From: Desulfurococcales archaeon
Lineage (GTDB): Archaea; Thermoproteota; Thermoprotei_A; Sulfolobales; Ignisphaeraceae
DNA length: 64,000 bases
Reading direction: 5' to 3'
Assembly (NCBI GenBank): GCA_027066265.1
Contig: JAMOOB010000490.1
Coordinates: 3,111-67,110 of the forward strand
Shown here: positions 61,945 through 64,000 of the stretch, one piece after another
Numbering within the stretch: the stretch's first letter is position 1
How the letters are laid out: each line of letters starts with the position of its first letter
Notes under the pieces: model-generated
What the model was told of the DNA's origin: nothing
What the model saw: only the letters and a program-made list of their open reading frames with translations
The model's database searches: none
Program-made: the position numbers and the translations under genes

Positions 61945-61995
61945 ATACGAGAAGGATGTGGAGAGAGCACAGAGGTCTTCTTTCCACGTCTTGTT

Positions 61996-62408
61996 GGTTC
62001 GCACTATTCTCGTGGGCACGGTCTTTCGGCTCGCATGGACTCGCTCCGCATGCTAAACGGGGCTCGCATATCCTCCCTCTACACGCGAGTTCGGTTCGCA
62101 CACGGTTTCGCCACACGGTTCTACGGATCCGCACGCGAGATCTCTACACCTCGTCTCCGGCTCACATGAGTAGGCTCGACACGAGCAAATGGTTCACACG
62201 AAATCTATCAACATATCTCGGCGGTTCGCATCCGCATAAAGTTTCTCCATATCGAGCAAAGCCTCGCGGCTCGCACAGTAAACCTACCCAGGGTCTTCTC
62301 GGCTCGCACACCTCTTCTGCGCACAGGAGACCTCGGCTCGCATCGGAACTCTTCCCAGGCCGGAGCCGGCTCGCAACGCAGTCCTGCACATTCATCGAGG
62401 TGCTCGCA
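61996..62408. repeat. 13-unit array of GG(C/T)TCGCA boxes with ~32-33 bp period
   Basis: Boxes at 61996, 62028, 62061, 62093, 62125, 62159, 62191, 62223, 62268, 62301, 62335, 62368 and 62401. The intervening ~23-nt segments are unrelated. Confidence 0.75.
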
Positions 62409-62416
62409 CAGGGGGT

Positions 62417-63337
62417 CTAGAGAGCTTGGGTGGCTTCGGCCCTCCTCTCGATCGCTAGGGGCACCTCCCTGCCCCGCGCGACGACGATTATCGGCGGGTA
62501 GTACATGTTCCTGATCCCGGCGAAGACCACGTACGGCGGTCTGTACGGCAGGCCCAGGATCGCGCAGTAGGCCTCGTAGTACTGCGAAAGCCATACCTTG
62601 GCCACGAGGCGGTACGCTCTGAGCGTAGCGTGCGACACTATAGACGACATCAGCTCCCTAGCCCTAGACCTGGTCACCGAGACGCCGAGGCTCTTAAGAG
62701 CCTCGGCAAACCCATCAACGTCCCTGCTCCTAGCAGCCGCAGCAACAGCCCCAACCCTATCACCGTCGATGGCATCGACGGCTGTACCCAGGTACCTACC
62801 GAGCTTCTGCGGAACGAGCTTCCTGATCTCCCGCTCCAGCCACTCCTCGAAGAGCGACCTGTAGAACCTGACGTTCCTAACCAGCTGCCTAGCGATCTGC
62901 CCCGTCACAGCCTTGCAGATCCTGTGGTAGCACTCGGCGCTACCGCACTTCTCGACGTAGTACTCCCTCGGCGCCCATCCGCACCACGCCCACAGCTTGC
63001 TAACGGTCTGAAACCTCCACGGATGGATGTTCCCTAGAACCAGACCGCTCAGCACAGTACCCAGCCCAGGAAGGTACCTGAGGTACTGCTGGTACACCGG
63101 GTGCCGCCTAACGAGAGGCTCCATCAGCTCCTCGAGCTTCTCCTTACCCATCTCAGCAGCCCTAACGATCTCCGGCGTCAGCTCGCACGGAAAGCCCTGC
63201 TCCCTACACACCTTCGCATAGAAGTTCTTGTAGCTCTGAACACGCTTCCTCTGGATCCAGTACAGACGCGAAACCTCGTAGAGCCTCATCTCGATAGACC
63301 TAACCGACTCGGGACAGCGAGACCAGTCGATGGGCAT
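62417..63337 (-). CDS. protein with IS110-family Transposase_20-like (HhH) segment; no obvious DEDD domain
   Basis: YLRYLPGLGTVLSGLVLGNIHPWRFQTVSKLWAWCGWAPREY resembles the IS110 L.iPGiG...a..l.aei.d..rF.s...l.ay.Gl.P signature. GGTGGAGGG lies before the ATG. Confidence 0.5.
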   Translation of the reverse strand: MPIDWSRCPESVRSIEMRLYEVSRLYWIQRKRVQSYKNFYAKVCREQGFPCELTPEIVRAAEMGKEKLEELMEPLVRRHPVYQQYLRYLPGLGTVLSGLVLGNIHPWRFQTVSKLWAWCGWAPREYYVEKCGSAECYHRICKAVTGQIARQLVRNVRFYRSLFEEWLEREIRKLVPQKLGRYLGTAVDAIDGDRVGAVAAAARSRDVDGFAEALKSLGVSVTRSRARELMSSIVSHATLRAYRLVAKVWLSQYYEAYCAILGLPYRPPYVVFAGIRNMYYPPIIVVARGREVPLAIERRAEATQAL

Positions 63338-63396
63338 AGCCCTCCACCGCTTCTCCAGCTATAAAGCACAGAGAATATAAGGTCTTTAGCATTGGT

Positions 63397-63408
63397 CCAC
63401 AGCTGTGG
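63397..63408. promoter_or_regulatory. CCACAGCTGTGG palindrome (perfect)
   Basis: Lies about 60 nt upstream of the IS110-like gene ATG 63337, with TATA-like CTTATATTC in between. Confidence 0.7.
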
Positions 63409-63661
63409 AGAGGGATAGAACGATGTGTAGCGCCAGAGACACACGTGTTCCACTATATACAGCGGTGTTACAGCTGTAACTATCGAGGAGATGAATAGCG
63501 GTAGACGAGGTTAAACCTCGTAGCACGGGTATCTGCACGGGAGTGGAGCCGTGTCCGCGAGAAGCATAGTCAAGCCGGTATGCATCGTGCTGGCGATATG
63601 CATAGCTACGGGTATCGCGGATATCGTGATAGACATCCTTTCGCGGTCTAGCGGTGCAGAC

Positions 63662-64000
63662 ATGTTCGCTGCTAGGATGGATAGCTATGACGATGTGCCG
63701 AACATCATTTCCACAGCTGTGGACAGCTGCTATATGTGTCCGCGCAGCGGTGATCCGCTTGATCTGGCTATGAAGGTGCTTCTCCGGTACAGGTACTGTC
63801 TGCACTACCCCTTCGACGAGGTGTGGCTGCCGATGACGGTGGCGATGACGAGGTGCGGAACATGTATGGACCTAGCGCTGATGCTGGTAGCGTCGGAGAT
63901 ATCCTCTGGTCACGAAGCGCTTCTGCTGCTGATCGACACCGGAGAGGAAGAGATCGGGCATGCAGCTGCGGCTATCAGGACGAGCAGCGGGTGGATCGTT
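63662..64000 (+). CDS. partial CDS, possible transglutaminase-like/papain-fold Cys peptidase
   Basis: Open frame from ATG 63662 (or ATG ~63733 just after the palindrome) to the window end. RCGTCMDLALMLVASE...IGHAAAAI looks like a Cys...His core. Confidence 0.35.
   Translation, partial: MFAARMDSYDDVPNIISTAVDSCYMCPRSGDPLDLAMKVLLRYRYCLHYPFDEVWLPMTVAMTRCGTCMDLALMLVASEISSGHEALLLLIDTGEEEIGHAAAAIRTSSGWIV

Noticed and set aside
60819-62134. Overlapping ORFs in the GC island (282 aa plus, 191 aa minus, 166 aa plus, 179 aa minus and others)
   Set aside because: All frames on both strands are open and encode P/G/R-rich low-complexity sequence. This is the expected artefact of ~80% G+C DNA, so I treated the region as non-coding.
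61996-62408. Canonical CRISPR array
   Set aside because: The repeats are only 8-10 nt and the period is 32-33 bp, against the usual ~24-37-nt repeats and 60-75-bp period. No cas genes are present apart from a weak RAMP-like orphan 8 kb away. I keep it only as an unusual array.
61941-62420. 159-aa plus-strand ORF over the GGCTCGCA array
   Set aside because: The repeat period (31-34 bp) is not a multiple of 3, so the boxes fall in different frames. Competing ORFs exist on the other strand. It is more parsimonious as a DNA or RNA repeat array.
63386-63805. 139-aa minus-strand ORF
   Set aside because: It overlaps a plus-strand frame that stays open from 63662 to the window end and has a more protein-like sequence with a Cys...His core. 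The minus ORF is H/R/T-rich and lacks the usual G-run start context.
1-64000. tRNA, rRNA, RNase P or SRP RNA genes, and integrase/att sites
   Set aside because: I looked for T-loop GGTTCGAATCC-like strings, conserved 16S/23S blocks and tyrosine-recombinase motifs and found none. Absence by eye is not proof; tRNAscan-SE and Infernal should be run.

Overview
This 64-kb window is gene-dense, with about 80 plausible ORFs, roughly 85% of them on the minus strand. Most of it is about 55-60% G+C by hand counts. I found no rRNA, tRNA, CRISPR array, ribosomal-protein gene or central-metabolism gene.

The recognisable genes look like a large archaeal virus, provirus or plasmid of a hyperthermophile-like host; that assignment is inference from gene content and promoter style. 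They are:
- three GT4 glycosyltransferases and a class I SAM methyltransferase;
- a 2060-aa membrane-anchored LamG-repeat giant protein;
- a 1403-aa coiled-coil protein with 43-aa tandem repeats;
- a classical AAA+ ATPase, a P-loop NTPase and an SF2 helicase;
- a RavA/MoxR-type ATPase next to a VWA/MIDAS protein;
- a DUF5131 (Gp37/Gp68) protein;
- a TFB (TFIIB) paralog without zinc-ribbon cysteines;
- several C2H2, zinc-ribbon, RHH and HTH proteins;
- a protein with an IS110-type (Transposase_20-like) segment;
- many small membrane proteins and orphans.

The most striking signals are non-coding:
1. The 12-bp palindrome CCACAGCTGTGG occurs 26 times perfectly, plus about 25 near-copies, mostly at gene junctions.
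2. A ~1.05-kb, ~80% G+C island (60.8-61.9 kb) is packed with perfect hairpins and sits behind a consensus BRE/TATA.
3. A 13-unit array with ~32-33 bp period of GG(C/T)TCGCA boxes lies next to the IS110-like gene.
4. A four-copy GGTGCACC-box element family is present, including two long duplicated promoter/leader modules.
5. An AT-rich, dyad-rich 200-bp region is a candidate origin.
6. A conserved intercistronic module, ACACC-Trun-GGGGG-ATCGAA-ATG, recurs in a lower-GC block (56.9-60.8 kb).

Many ORF-track starts appear over-extended to TTG/GTG. Where a G-run-N5-9-ATG context was visible I give the shorter start. All functional calls come from motif recognition by eye; no database search was possible.
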